Part shown: positions 1 through 11,848 of the stretch, in pieces
Layout of the letters: every line of letters begins with the position of its first letter
Position numbering within the stretch: position 1 is the first letter of the stretch
From: Mobula hypostoma
Taxonomy: Eukaryota
Direction: 5' to 3'
DNA length: 64,000 bases
Assembly (NCBI RefSeq): GCF_963921235.1
Contig: NC_086106.1
Coordinates: 49,786,001 to 49,850,000 of the forward strand
Program-made: the position numbers and the translations under genes
The notes under the pieces: model-generated
Database searches by the model: none
The model's input: only the letters and a program-made list of their open reading frames with translations
What the model was told of the DNA's origin: nothing

Positions 1-443
1 TACATGTTTGTGTGTATTAGCTTTAATTATCTTGTTAGCTCAGAGCTTGCATAATTTGTGTCTGTGACCAGTGGCAGTTTAATTAGCCTTCCTCTTTCAC
101 TTTGTTAAGGACTTTTTTCAAGAGGCATTCCTTGATTGGATATGAAGTACTATAGATAAACGTCTTGGGGAGTTCGGAACACAGACGTTTCCCTGCCCAA
201 GAAACAGGTTATCTAGATAGCTTCAATTTCTTCATAAAGAGCTCTGGAACTTGAGATACCGTAGGTAAAATTAATCAAGAAGTTAATACTTGCAGGAGCA
301 GAAAAAGAGCATATCTACCTGGAAATACAAATGTGTAATTTCTTTCTTTTATTTCAGCATTATGCAATTAGAAATCTACTTTTCTCAGAGTGAAACATGA
401 CCATTGTTGAATTGTTCCACTTCACGTTGAAAACTGATTTATG

Positions 444-944
444 TTTATTTATTGGGGTACAGCATGGGATAGGCCCTCCACCCCAGCTACCCCCAGTTTT
501 ACCAAAGCCTAATCATGGGACAATTTACAGTGACCAGTTTAACCAAACCCGAATCATGGGACAATTTACAGTGAACAGTTTAACCAAAGCCTAATCATGG
601 GACAATTTACAATGTCCAGTTTAACCAAAGCCTAATCATGGGACAGTTTACAATGTCCAGTTTAACCAAAGCCTAATCATGGGACAATTTACAGTGACCA
701 GTTTAATCAAAGCCTAATCATGGGACAATCTACAATGACCAGTTTAACCAAAGCCTAATCATGGGATAATTTACAATGACCAATTCACCTACCAACTGCT
801 ATGTGCCCAGACTGTGGGAGGGAACCAGAGCACCCAAAGGTAACCCAAACGGTTACAGGGAGAATGTATCAACTCTTCACAGGCAGCAGTAGGAATTGAA
901 CCCGAGTCACCTGTTGTGCCAACCACTATGTTACCCTGCCACCC
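444..944 (-). mobile_element. tRNA-derived V-SINE (HE1-like) with internal minisatellite
   Basis: Reverse complement of the copies at 15605 and 32150; V-domain and ggaattgaacc B-box on the reverse strand. Confidence 0.85.
493..779. repeat. 41-bp minisatellite, 7 copies (ccagtttaaccaaagcctaatcatgggacaatttacartga)
   Basis: Directly visible tandem units. Confidence 0.97.
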
Positions 945-1151
945 TTCTGCCAAATGCCCTCTGGCATGAGTCATCCTTGCAACCTGACATAACTTCCCCC
1001 ATCATCCCACATGGAGTGAATCACATTAGGCACTCACAGGATAAGATGCTCTTTTAGCACAGTGTTGGACTGGGATAAGTAAATTAATAACAACATAAGT
1101 AAACGATAACTTACTTGTAAATAAATAATTAAATTATTTACCTACATCCTT

Positions 1152-2735
1152 TCTATGCACACTTTGAAAGAGAGTACAAAACTATCCCTGTGCATCTGGT
1201 GACCCTGTGATCTCTGTCTCAGAGGCTGGCATCGGAAAATCTTCCAAGGGGGTGAACCCTCACAATGCATCAGGCCCTGACGATGTACCTGGTAAGACTC
1301 TGAAAACATGTGCCAACCAACTGGCAGGACTGTTCAAGGACACCTTCAATCTGTCACACTGTAGATGGACTTTTCCACCTGCTTCAAAAGAGTGACAGTC
1401 ACACCAGTGCCCAAGAAGGGCAGGATGATCTGCCTCAATGGCTAGCACCCAGTAGCACTCACATTGAATGTGATGAAGCGCTTTGAGAGGTTGGTCGTGG
1501 ATAGAATCAACTCCTGCCTCAGCAAGGACCTGGACTCACTGCAGTTTGCCTAGCACCACAATAGGTCTACAGCAAATACAATTTTACTGGCTCTCCATTC
1601 AGCCTTCGATCACCTGGACAATAGTGATATCTACATCAGCCTGCTGTTTATCAACTACAGTTCAGCGATCAACACAATATTGCCCTTAGTTATAATCACC
1701 ATGCCCCAAAACCTGGGCCTCTGAATCTCCCCCTGCAACTGGATCCTTGACTTCCTCATCAGGAGAGCAGTCTGTGCAGATCAGAAATAACACCTCCTTG
1801 CAGACAATCAACACTGTCACACCTGAAGGATGCGTGCTTAGCCCACAGCTCTACTCTCTCCAATTCTGCTCTACTCTCTCCAATTCTCCAATGACTGTGT
1901 GCCTAGGCACAGCTCAAACACTATCTATAAATTTGTTGACACATAATTATTGTTGGAAGAAGTTCAGATGGTGATGAAGAAATATACAGGAGTGCGATAG
2001 ATCAGCTGGCTGAGTGGTGTTGCACTCAATGTCAGTAAGCCCCAGGAATTGATAGTGGAGTTCAGGAAGGGGAGGTGATGGGAACACACACTCACTGAGG
2101 GATTAGCAATGGAACGGGTGAGTAGTTTCAAGTTCATGGGTGTTAACATTTTTGAAGACCTGGGCCCACCATATTGGTACAATTACAAAGAAGGCACAAC
2201 AGTGGCTTTATTTCATTAGGAGTTTGCGGAGACTTGTTACGTCACCAAAGACATTCACAAATTTCTATAGATGTACTGTGGAGAGCATCCTAACTGGTTG
2301 CATCAGCATCTGATGTAGAGGCTACTGTACAGGATTGAAAAAGGCTGCAGGAAGCTGTAAACTCAACCAGTGCCATCAATGGACATACCCACCCCCACCC
2401 TCGCATCCAGGATATCTTCGAAACGTGGTACGTCAGAAAGGTGGCATACATCATTAAAGACCCCCATCTCCCAGGATATACCCTCTTCTCATTGTTACCA
2501 GCAGAAACCTGAAGATACACACTCAACATTTCAGGAGCTGCTTCTGCCCAACTACCATCATAATCTCTGAATTATAATTTCAGTATTTTCCTCAATTTTT
2601 GCACTACTTAGTTATTTTTGTATATATTCTTATCGTAATTTATAGATTTTTTATTATATATTGCAATGAACTGCTGCCACATTACAACAAATTTCACATT
2701 ATATCCAGTGATATTAAACCTGATTCTGATTCTGA
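1152..2735 (+). mobile_element. Rex1/Babar-clade LINE, 5'-truncated, degraded RT
   Basis: [22 protein letters not shown] motifs; 3' tail aaacctgattctgattctga. Confidence 0.9.
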
Positions 2736-2799
2736 GTCTAATTCTGCCCTCTGTACTAAACAAAAATCTAAACTCTGATAATCTCAGGCTTGATCTTCC

Positions 2800-2915
2800 C
2801 CTCCAGACCATAAACTCCTCTTCATTCAACACAAGGTTGTTGTTGTGACACCACTCAACCAGCTGATCTATTTGGCTCCCATATGCCTCCTCATCACCAT
2901 CTAAAATTCTGCCCA
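2800..2915 (-). mobile_element. Rex1/Babar RT fragment
   Basis: GDEEAYGSQIDQLVEWCHNNNLVLN. Confidence 0.75.
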
Positions 2916-5344
2916 CCCCAAACAGACCCATCTCTACCACGTGTCAAACTTCCAACCCCCTGATCCCGTGCAGATGTCTCACTTTCTCCCAATCCCCGCC
3001 AGAAATGGCAGCGTCTTCCCTTCTCTGAACCTCCTCCACAAATGACATAAATCACTTCTTCCAACCCTTTCCACATCTACTGCTGTCTTCCCTCACCTCT
3101 CAGTCTCTTCCACAAATGGAAACTGTCCTTTGTCTATTTCCTCCACAAATGTTGGTGTCTTCCTTTTCACCTTTCCTCACCACAAATTCTGCTCTTCCCT
3201 TTTCCCCAGCCTAAGTACAGACCCATTGGGTGTTGTTTCTATTGACCTCCCATTGCAAACTTGGAATTTTATGTCTGGGTGGCTTGATTCCAACCTAAGA
3301 TACAGAGAAGTATATATCAAAAGGCCAACAGTGAAAATGACTCATGGCAACTCACTGCCACATGAGTGTTCTGAAATCTTCTGGGCAAAGTATTGTCAAG
3401 AAAGAGTGAACAGCCTCTCTTCGTAGAGAAAATGGAGAAATTACAATCAAGGAAACCAGTCAACTCATTGAATTGTGTGTACTAAAGAACACTTTTGAGC
3501 CCTGTTCATTCCTTCTGTATCTCCCACAGCTTCTGCCATGTGTCTTCACCTGAAGGGCTCAGAGTCTGAAGCTTAAAATGTAGTCATGAGTTCTGAAAAG
3601 CAGATAACTCAAGCCCCCTGTTAGTGGAACAATGTCTGTGCGGAGAGCCAGCCTGCAGAAATGGCAGGCAGGTATTTATCAGGTTTCAGCTTGCATATCT
3701 TCTATAAATATTGCTCATTCTTGCAGAACTTCATGACCTCATATTTCCCGTATGTCAGACCAGCCTCGGTGAATGTTTCATGGTGGGAAGTGGGGATTGT
3801 TCCATTTCTGGTAAAGGCTTTAACACTGTTTTTTTTCTCTCTCTCTCTCTCTCCATCTTTTGTTGTTTCAGCGAGCAGGGGATTCTATTGTTGGGGAGAC
3901 AGAAAGGTAAATCTTTCCCTTCTGCTATGTTTTTTAAATAGTGATTGATTGACTGAAATGCAACAGAACTGTTTTTCCATGAGCAGAGAGCACACTTTAA
4001 TGTAAAACTACTAACTAAAGTAAAAGCACACTGTTTTAATGTTTATGATTATAAATATTTTTGAGGTGGGGTGATATAACACTAGCGGCACAAATTACTC
4101 TGCAGGATCATTTTGAGTATTAATTCATGCACTCAGAATCTGAATGCATTATTAGTCTCTTGAGTTCTGCTGCCTTGGCTACCTGAGTCATTGCTACGCG
4201 CTGGTCACAGGAGGTTTACAGAGCCTGTTAAAGCTAGATCCCCTCACTATGGAAGGAAAGATTTGCAGCGCAGGGTCACCACCCCCATTGGACAGTGCTG
4301 CATCAGGCAAAAGCAGTGTCACACTCAAATTGTTCCCCCATACGTTTGCAGCCATTGGTACTGAATGCCTTGTGAAGAGTTGTCAGAATGGGGAGCCAGA
4401 GGGGAACAATACTTAGTGCCTCCTAAACAAAAGCACAAAATGTTCAGGAAAGGAAACATGTCTGTTGAATTTTGCATTGTTACAAACCTTCAGTACAGTT
4501 CAGAATGACAGAAAACCCATACACACTGATGCAAAAAATAATTTATATTTACGCACAGATATTATTGTAGTTTTCTTATCAGAACATGACATAAAGGTCT
4601 CCAATATTTTCCTTTTCATCTCATAACTCTGTGATTCTGAGTTACACTTAAAAATCTTGAAATCCTATTGATGTATGTGATGAGTCTTCACAAGCTTCAA
4701 ACAGTATGTGATCTCTAATTAGGAATGTCCAGTGTAATTTAAAGGCTTTTCAGGGTGGAAAGCAGTCAGAAAAAAATTAATTAGAATCAAATATGACACT
4801 CATATTTCCCACTTGCCGAAGGGCTTGGTGACTTCGAGTTTATCCACTTTCCCTCCACGTTTACATGAATTCAAATTGCAATTCACGATCATTTAAAATC
4901 TCAGTGCAAGGTTTAACTATTCCCATTCTTGTGTCAGAGCGTAGTCTTACACAGTGCTTACCTGTAGCCAGAGCTGAGTGTCAGTCCGTCATCTCAGATC
5001 ATTAATCATGGGAATGCCATGAACTGCTTCCATCTTGTGTGAGCACAAAATTTCACAAAATAGCTCTATAAACCCAGCAGTTAATCTGTAGGTAAATCAT
5101 AGCAGAACAGAGGAAGTACAGCACAAGAGAAGACACTCAGACCATTTGGCATCTGTAGCTATTTGATGCGCCTCATGTCCCCACATCCCTGTAACTTTTT
5201 CTCCTTTGACTGCTTATCCAATTACCATTTGAAATCTGCCATTGAATCACCCAACTTTGAACATATTCCACACTGCAGTCTAAATCTTGACCCACTCTGT
5301 GTAAAATATTGCCTCTCTTTGACTGGTTCATATGCACCTTAAAT

Positions 5345-5470
5345 CTATGCTGAAAAAGTGCTGGCAACACTCAGTAGGTTAAAGAGCATATGTGGAAAGG
5401 GAAAAAAATATTTCCACAGATGCTGTGTGACAGGGATGTTTCCAGCATTTTCTGTTTTTACTTTAGACTT
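5345..5470. mobile_element. old fold-back Penelope-derived mini-element
   Basis: Arms aaaagtgctggcaacactcag..gcatatgtggaaa / tttccacagatgctg..tttccagcattttctg. Confidence 0.6.
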
Positions 5471-5755
5471 TCATTTGATCTACACATTCCTGATTCTTAT
5501 TAAATCACCTGTGGGTCATCTGTTTTCTAAGTGAGAAAACCCTAATTTTCCTGGCCTATGCACCAAAGTCTTCTTTCCATGAATCATTTTAATAAATCTC
5601 TTCTGTACCTTGTTAAAAGGCTTCATCTACTTCCAATTTCCAGTACTGAGAAGTAATTGCTGCTTGCTTTGCACCTGTGCTTTATAATGATTTAACATAG
5701 TTCCCTGTCTTTTGTAAACTTTATAAATAAGCACAAGCATTTTATTCAGTCACAT

Positions 5756-6398
5756 ATAGAACATAGAACACAATATAGTACAGCACAGGAACAGGCCACT
5801 CAGCTCACAATGTTGTACCTAATTAATTAAATTAGTAATCATATTGCCAACTAAACCAATCTCTTCTGTCTACAGAATGTCCATATCCCTCCATTTCCCT
5901 CACGTTCATGTGCCCTCCTAATCATCTACTAAGAGTCTCCAATGTTTCTGCCTCCACCACCCCAGGCAGCACATACCAGACATCCACCACTCTCTGTGGA
6001 AAAAAAACTTGCCCCTCACATCTCCCTTAAACTTTCCCCCTCTCACCATAAACGCATGCCCTCTGGTATTGCACGTTTTTACCCTGGAAAAAAGATACTG
6101 TCTGTCTACGCCTCTCATGATCTCATAAACCTCGATCAGATCTCCCCTCAGCTTCTGCTGTCTCCAACCTCATAAGTTTCCCCAATTTCTCATTAGAGTG
6201 CATGCCCTGTAATCCAGGCAACATCCTGCACCCTCTCCAAAGCCTCGACATTCTTCCTATAGTGGGGCGACCAGAAATGTACACAATACTCTAGATGCAG
6301 CCTAACTAGAGTTTTATAAAGCTGCAACATAACTTCCTGACTTTTGAACTCAATGCCTCGATGAATAAATGCAAGCATGTCATATGCTTTACCAAATA
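5756..6398 (-). mobile_element. CR1 LINE 3' fragment
   Basis: LYKTLVRLHLEYCVHFWSPHYRK and TRGH..GKFKGDVRGKFF on the reverse strand. Confidence 0.9.
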
Positions 6399-6406
6399 CC
6401 ACGGAA

Positions 6407-6486
6407 CAGGGGTTCCCAACTCTGTTTATGGCATGGACCAATACCATTAATCAAGGGATCTGTAGACCCCAGGTTGGGAACCCCTG
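6407..6486. mobile_element. 80-bp hAT (Charlie-like) MITE
   Basis: Perfect 14-bp TIR caggggttcccaac; TSD only degenerate. Confidence 0.8.
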
Positions 6487-6499
6487 CTGTAGAACATAC

Positions 6500-6915
6500 G
6501 GACTGCTCAGGCACCCTACTCATGGACTGTTTGTCCCACTCCCATCAGGGAGGAGGCTACGTAGCATCCACGTCAGGACGACCACAATCAAAAACAGTTA
6601 CTCTCCCCAAGCAGTAAGTCTGATTCACACCTCCGCCCACTAACTCACCCCTCCAAACATCCAACCATCACTAATTTATCTTCTCCTGTCAGAGTCACCT
6701 TATGTACAGACACTCCTGTGCCTAATGTCACTTTATGGACATACAGTACAATCAATCTATGTATAGAGGTTATTTTATGTACTTATATTTGTTGTGTTTT
6801 ATATTATTGTGTTTTCTTTGTGCCGCATCAGATCCGGAGTAACAATTACTTGGTTCTGGTTCACGCTTGTGTACAGGAATGACATTAAACGATTTTGATG
6901 ATTGAATAATCTTGA
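6500..6915 (+). mobile_element. Rex1/Babar LINE 3' end
   Basis: HGLFVPLPSGRRLRSI..KNSYSPQAV; tail similar to 27480-27685. Confidence 0.8.
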
Positions 6916-7399
6916 TTCCAGTTTCAAAGATATGTGCATAAACAGCAATGATTCACATTTTTTAGGGTTAAATTTCACCTACAATGAGTCCACCCATAAA
7001 CCAGTCTGTTTGTGTACTCTTGGTTTATGAAGAAGTCAGTCATAACTTGGAGTTTGATCTCCTAAAGCAGATATACATCACTCACATATTTCACCTCAGT
7101 GACTGAGGTTGGAATGACTTTAGTTCAGGAGTAAAGATGATAAGAATTTGAACAGTATCCTTGTTCCTGCTCGATTGAGTGAATAGTACACTCAATGATT
7201 CAGAAACAACTTCAGATTTCAGAACTGATGAACACTACCTCATTATTCCTTTTTTTGTACTATTTACCTATTTTATCAATTTTATATCTTTTCACTGTAC
7301 TGCTGCTGCAGAACAACAAAATTCACACCATTTAAAACAATGGTAATAAACCTGATTCTGATTTAGAACCCCTTCAGCCTGTAGACTAGCTCTACCCTA

Positions 7400-7600
7400 G
7401 CAGGAGGCTTGTTGAATCTAAGGTGTGGTATTTGCAGCAAGGAAGATTGAGAAGACAGTTGAAGTGATAACAGAACCTTGTTTGACTTTGGTCTGCATTG
7501 AGATTGGTTGAGCAATTGACTCATTGGTTGCTATCAACCTATATGTCACAGGCATGGGCTGGAGATGAAATTCCATGAGGTAAGCCACATTTGAGAAAAC
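7400..7600 (-). mobile_element. RTE-clade LINE RT fragment
   Basis: TKVKQGSVITSTVFSIFLAA resembles RTE GVKQGCVIAPTLFSIF. Confidence 0.6.
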
Positions 7601-9780
7601 CAAAGGTCCCAATGAGAATCACAGACAGGTGACAAAATTGTCAACTGCCTCTATTGTCCCAGCACATCTGAGGAAAGGACTGAAGATCAAGACTTTGGGC
7701 AATAGCCAATTAGAGATTGGAAATGTGAGAAGACGTAGCTCACTCAGGTTCACCGATTGAGTAGGAAAGGTATCAACTCACGGCAGATTGGTGTTTTCAG
7801 CAGTGGCCAATCAGAGTTTGGTATTGATTGGTAAGAACAAATTAAAATAAGGCAGGAACAAGCAGAGTGGCCAATATCAGAGCAGCCATAGGGTGAGTGG
7901 ATAGTTATGGTGGGGATTTTGAGGTTTTAGCTCTTCAAGGCTTGAGTGAGAGAAAGCGAAAAGCTGTAGGTAAATTTTTATTCCACAGTTTATTTATTGT
8001 TTCTCCTTCTATATGTTTGCCCAGTTAGAACAGTAAGGATGCTAGGCAAGATAGTTAAATGCTTCACTTGCAGGACGTGTGAAGGCAAGGAGGCCTCCAT
8101 AGTCCCTGATGACTACACCTGCGAGAAGTGAATCCAGCTGCAGCTTCTAACAATCCATGTTAAGAAGCTGGAGCTGGAACAGGATGAACTCTAGATCAGG
8201 CGAGAGCCTGAGGAGGTGATAGGTGGGACATGTAGCGAGGTAGATACACCCAAGGTGCAGGACACAGGAAACTGGGTGAGAGTCAGTGCAGGACACCCAT
8301 GTGGCTAGCCCCTTCAGGTATACTGTTGTGGGTGGGATGACCTAGCAGTGGAAAGTTATAGCAGTCAGGTCTCTGGCACTAGGTCTGTCTCTGTGACTCA
8401 GAAGGGAATGGGGGAAAACAGGCGAGCTGTGGTAATAAGGGATTCATTAGTTATGGGAACAAAAAGGAGGTTCTGTGGATGAGAACGAGATTCCCAGATG
8501 GTATGTTGGTTCCCAGGTGCCAGGGTCCAGGACATCTCAAATCGATTCCTCAGCATTCTTAAGTGGGAGGGTGAGCAGCCAGAGGTCATGGTTCATGTAG
8601 GTACTAATGACATAGATAGGAAGAGCGACAAAGTTCTGCAAAGTGAGTTCAGGGAGTTAGACGCTAAGTTAAAGGGTTGGATCTCCAGGGTTTTGATCTC
8701 AGGATTGCTACCCATGCCACGTGATAGTGAGGCCAAAAATAGGAAGATTATAGAGTTTGACACATGGCTAAGGAGTTGGTGTAGGAGGGAGGATGTCAGA
8801 TTTTAGGATCTTTGGCTCTCTTCCAGGGAAAGTGGGACCTGTACAAACGAGATGGTTTGCAACTGGACTGGAAGGGGACTAATATCCTAGTGGGAAGATT
8901 TGCTAGTACTGCACAGGGTGGGATGGGGTTTAAACTAGAGTTCCAGGGGGCGGGGGGGCGGGGTGGAAACCAGAATGCCAGAACAGACAGTGGAGAATTT
9001 GTGGAGACAGATGTTATTAAGACCTCAGACATAGTTAGGGATCAAAAGGTTGAGCATGGTGCGACTAATGCCCTGAGCAGCATATACTTCAATGCAAGAA
9101 GCATCGTCAGAAAGGCAGGTGAGCTCAGGGCATGGATCAGCACCTGCATTATGATACTGTAGCCATTAGTGAGACTTGGTTGCAGGAGGGGCAGGGATGG
9201 CAGCTCAATATTATGATGTTCTGTTGTTTTAGCTGCGACCGAGTGGGAGGGATTAAAGGTAGAAGAGTGGTGTTATTAGTCAGCGAAAATGTCACGGCAG
9301 TGCTCAGTCAGGACAGACTGGAGAACTTGTCTAGTGAGGCGTTATGGATGGAACTGATTAATAAGAAAAGTATTACCAGGTTAATGGTCTGTGGGATTTA
9401 GAAGAACAAGTTTGTAGAGAGATTGCAGACTGTTGCAAGAAGCATGAGGTGGTTACAGTAAATGATTTTAACTTTCCACATATTGACTGGGACTCCCATA
9501 CAGTAAAAGGTCTAGAAGGGGTAGAGATTGTCAAATGTGTTCAGCAACGTTTCCTTAATCAGTACATAGAATTCTCTATGAGAGTGTGTGATACTTGATC
9601 TGCTGTTTGGGAATGAGGCAGGTGACAGAGTTTGCGTAGTGTTCCACTTTGCATCTGGAGATCATAATGCCATTGGTCTCAAAGTAAATATGGAAAAAGA
9701 CAGGTCTGGTCCATGGACTGAGATTCGAAATTGGAGAAAGGCCAATTCTAATGGTATCAGAAAAGATCTGGCAAGTGTGG

Positions 9781-11848
9781 CAACACACATCAAAGTTGCT
9801 GGTGAACACAGCAGGCCAGGCAGCATCCCTAGGAAGAGGTACAGTCGACGTTTCAGGCCGAGACCCTTCGTCAGGACTAACTGAAGGAAGAGTTAGTAAG
9901 AGATTTGAAAGTGGGAGGAGGAGGGGGAGGGGGAGATCCAAAATGATAGGAGAAGACAGGAGGGGGAGGGATAGAGCCAAGAGCTGGACAGGTGATTGGC
10001 AAAGGGGATACGAGAGGATCATGGGACAGGAGGTCCGGGGAGAAGACAAGTTGGGGGGGGGGAACCCAGAGGATGGGCAAGGGGTATAATCAGAGGGACA
10101 GAGGGAGAAAAAGGAGAGAGAGAGAAAGAATGTGTGTATAAAAATAAGTAACGGATGGGGTACGAGGGGGAGGTGGGGCATTAGCGGAAGTTAGAGAAGT
10201 CGATGTTCATGCCATCAGGTTGGAGGCTACCCAGACGGAATATAAGGTGTTGTTCCTCCAACCTGAGTGTGGCTTCTTCTTTACAGTAGAGGAGGCCGTG
10301 GATAGACATGTCAGAATGGGAATGGGATATGGAATTAAAATGTGTGGCCACTGGGAGATCCTGCTTTCTCTGGCGGACAGAGCGTAGGTGTTCAGCAAAG
10401 CGGTCTCCCAGTCTGCGTCGGGTCTCGCCAATATATAGAAGGCCACATTGGGAGCACCGGACGCAGTATATTCACCCCAGCCGACTCACAGGTGAAGTGT
10501 TGCCTCATCTGGAAGGACTGTCTGGGGCTCTGAATGGTAGTAAGGGAGGAAGTGTAAGGGCATGTGTAGCACTTCTTCCGCTTACACGGATAAGTGCCAG
10601 GAGGGAGATCAGTAGGGAGGGATGGGAGGGACGAATGGACAAGGGAGTCATGTAGGGAGCGATCCCTGCGGAAAGCAGAGAGGTGGGGGAGGGAAAGATG
10701 TGCTTAGTGGTGGGATCCCGTTGGAGGTGGCAGAAGTTACGGAGAATAATATGTTGGACCCGGAGGCTGGTGGGGTGGTAGGAGAGGACCAGGGGAACCC
10801 TATTCCTAGTGGGGTGGCGGGAGGATGGAGTGAGAGCAGATGTGCGTGAAATGGGGGAGATGCGTTTGAGAGCAGAGTTGATAGTGGAGGAAGGGAAGCC
10901 CCTTTCTTTAAAAAAGGAAGACATCTCCCCCGTCCTGGAATGAAAAGCCTCATCCTGAGAGCAGATGCGGCGGAGACGGAGGAATTGCGAGAAGGGGATG
11001 GCGTTTTTGCAAGAGACAGGGTGAGAAGAGGAATAGTCCAGATAGCTGTGAGAGTCAATAGGCTTATAGTAGACATCAGTGGATAAGCTGTCTCCAGAGA
11101 CAGAGACAGGAAGATCTGGAAAGGGGAGGGCTGTGTCGGAAATGGACCAGGTAAACTTGAGGGCAGGGTGAAAGTTGGAGGCAAAGTTAATAAAGTCAAC
11201 GAGCTCAGCATGTGTGCAGGAAGCAGCGCCAATGCAGTCGTCGATGTAGCAAAGGAAAAGTGGGGGACAGATACCAGAATAGGCACGGAACATAGATTGT
11301 TCCACAAATCCAACAAAAAGGCAGGCATAGCTAGGACCCACACGGGTGCCCATAGCTACACCTTTAGTTTGGAGGAAGTGGGAAGAGCCAAAGGAGAAAC
11401 TATTAAGAGTAAGGACTAATTCCGCTAGACGGAGCAGAGTGGTGGTAGAGGAGAACTGATTGGGTCTGGAATCCAAAAAGAAGCGGAGAGCTTTGAGACC
11501 TTCCTGATGGGGAATGGAAGTATATAGGGACTGGACATCCATGGTGAAAATAAAGCGGTGGGGGCCAGGGAACTTAAAATCATTGAAAAGTTTAAGAGCG
11601 TGAGAAGTGTCACGAACATAGGTAGGAAGGGATTGAACAAGGGAGGATAAAACCGTGTCGAGGTATGCAGAAACGAGTTCGGTGGGGCAGGAGCACGCTG
11701 AGACAATAGGTCTGCCAGGACAGGCAGGTTTGTGGATCTGGGGTAGGAGGTAGAAACGGGAAGTGCGGGGTGTGGGAACTATAAGGTTGGTCGCAGTGGA
11801 TGGGAGATCCCCTGAGCGGATAAAGTCAGTGCGATGGGAGATCCCCTG
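9781..11848 (-). mobile_element. young 5'-truncated Penelope-like element (RT + GIY-YIG, frameshifted) with 3' pLTR
   Basis: ORF 10505..11542: MDVQSLYTSIP, GVAMG, YIDD. GIY-YIG (C..CGLLYIGETRRRLGDRFAEH..EEQHLIFRLG) at ~10180-10470 after frameshifts. CpG-rich. Confidence 0.95.
9843..9878 (-). ncRNA. minimal type-I hammerhead ribozyme motif in Penelope pLTR
   Basis: AGUC-CUGACGA-AGGGUCUCGGCCU-GAAA-CGUC-GACU: stem I AGUC/GACU, intact core, stem II, palindromic ACGU stem III, GUC cleavage triplet. Confidence 0.85.

Noticed and set aside
493-779. CRISPR-like periodic array and ORF 397..594
   Set aside because: Contiguous tandem units without unique spacers, SINE-derived, eukaryotic context.
10505-11542. 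345-aa ORF as an active gene
   Set aside because: Penelope RT fragment, 5'-truncated, with frameshifts before and within the GIY-YIG domain.
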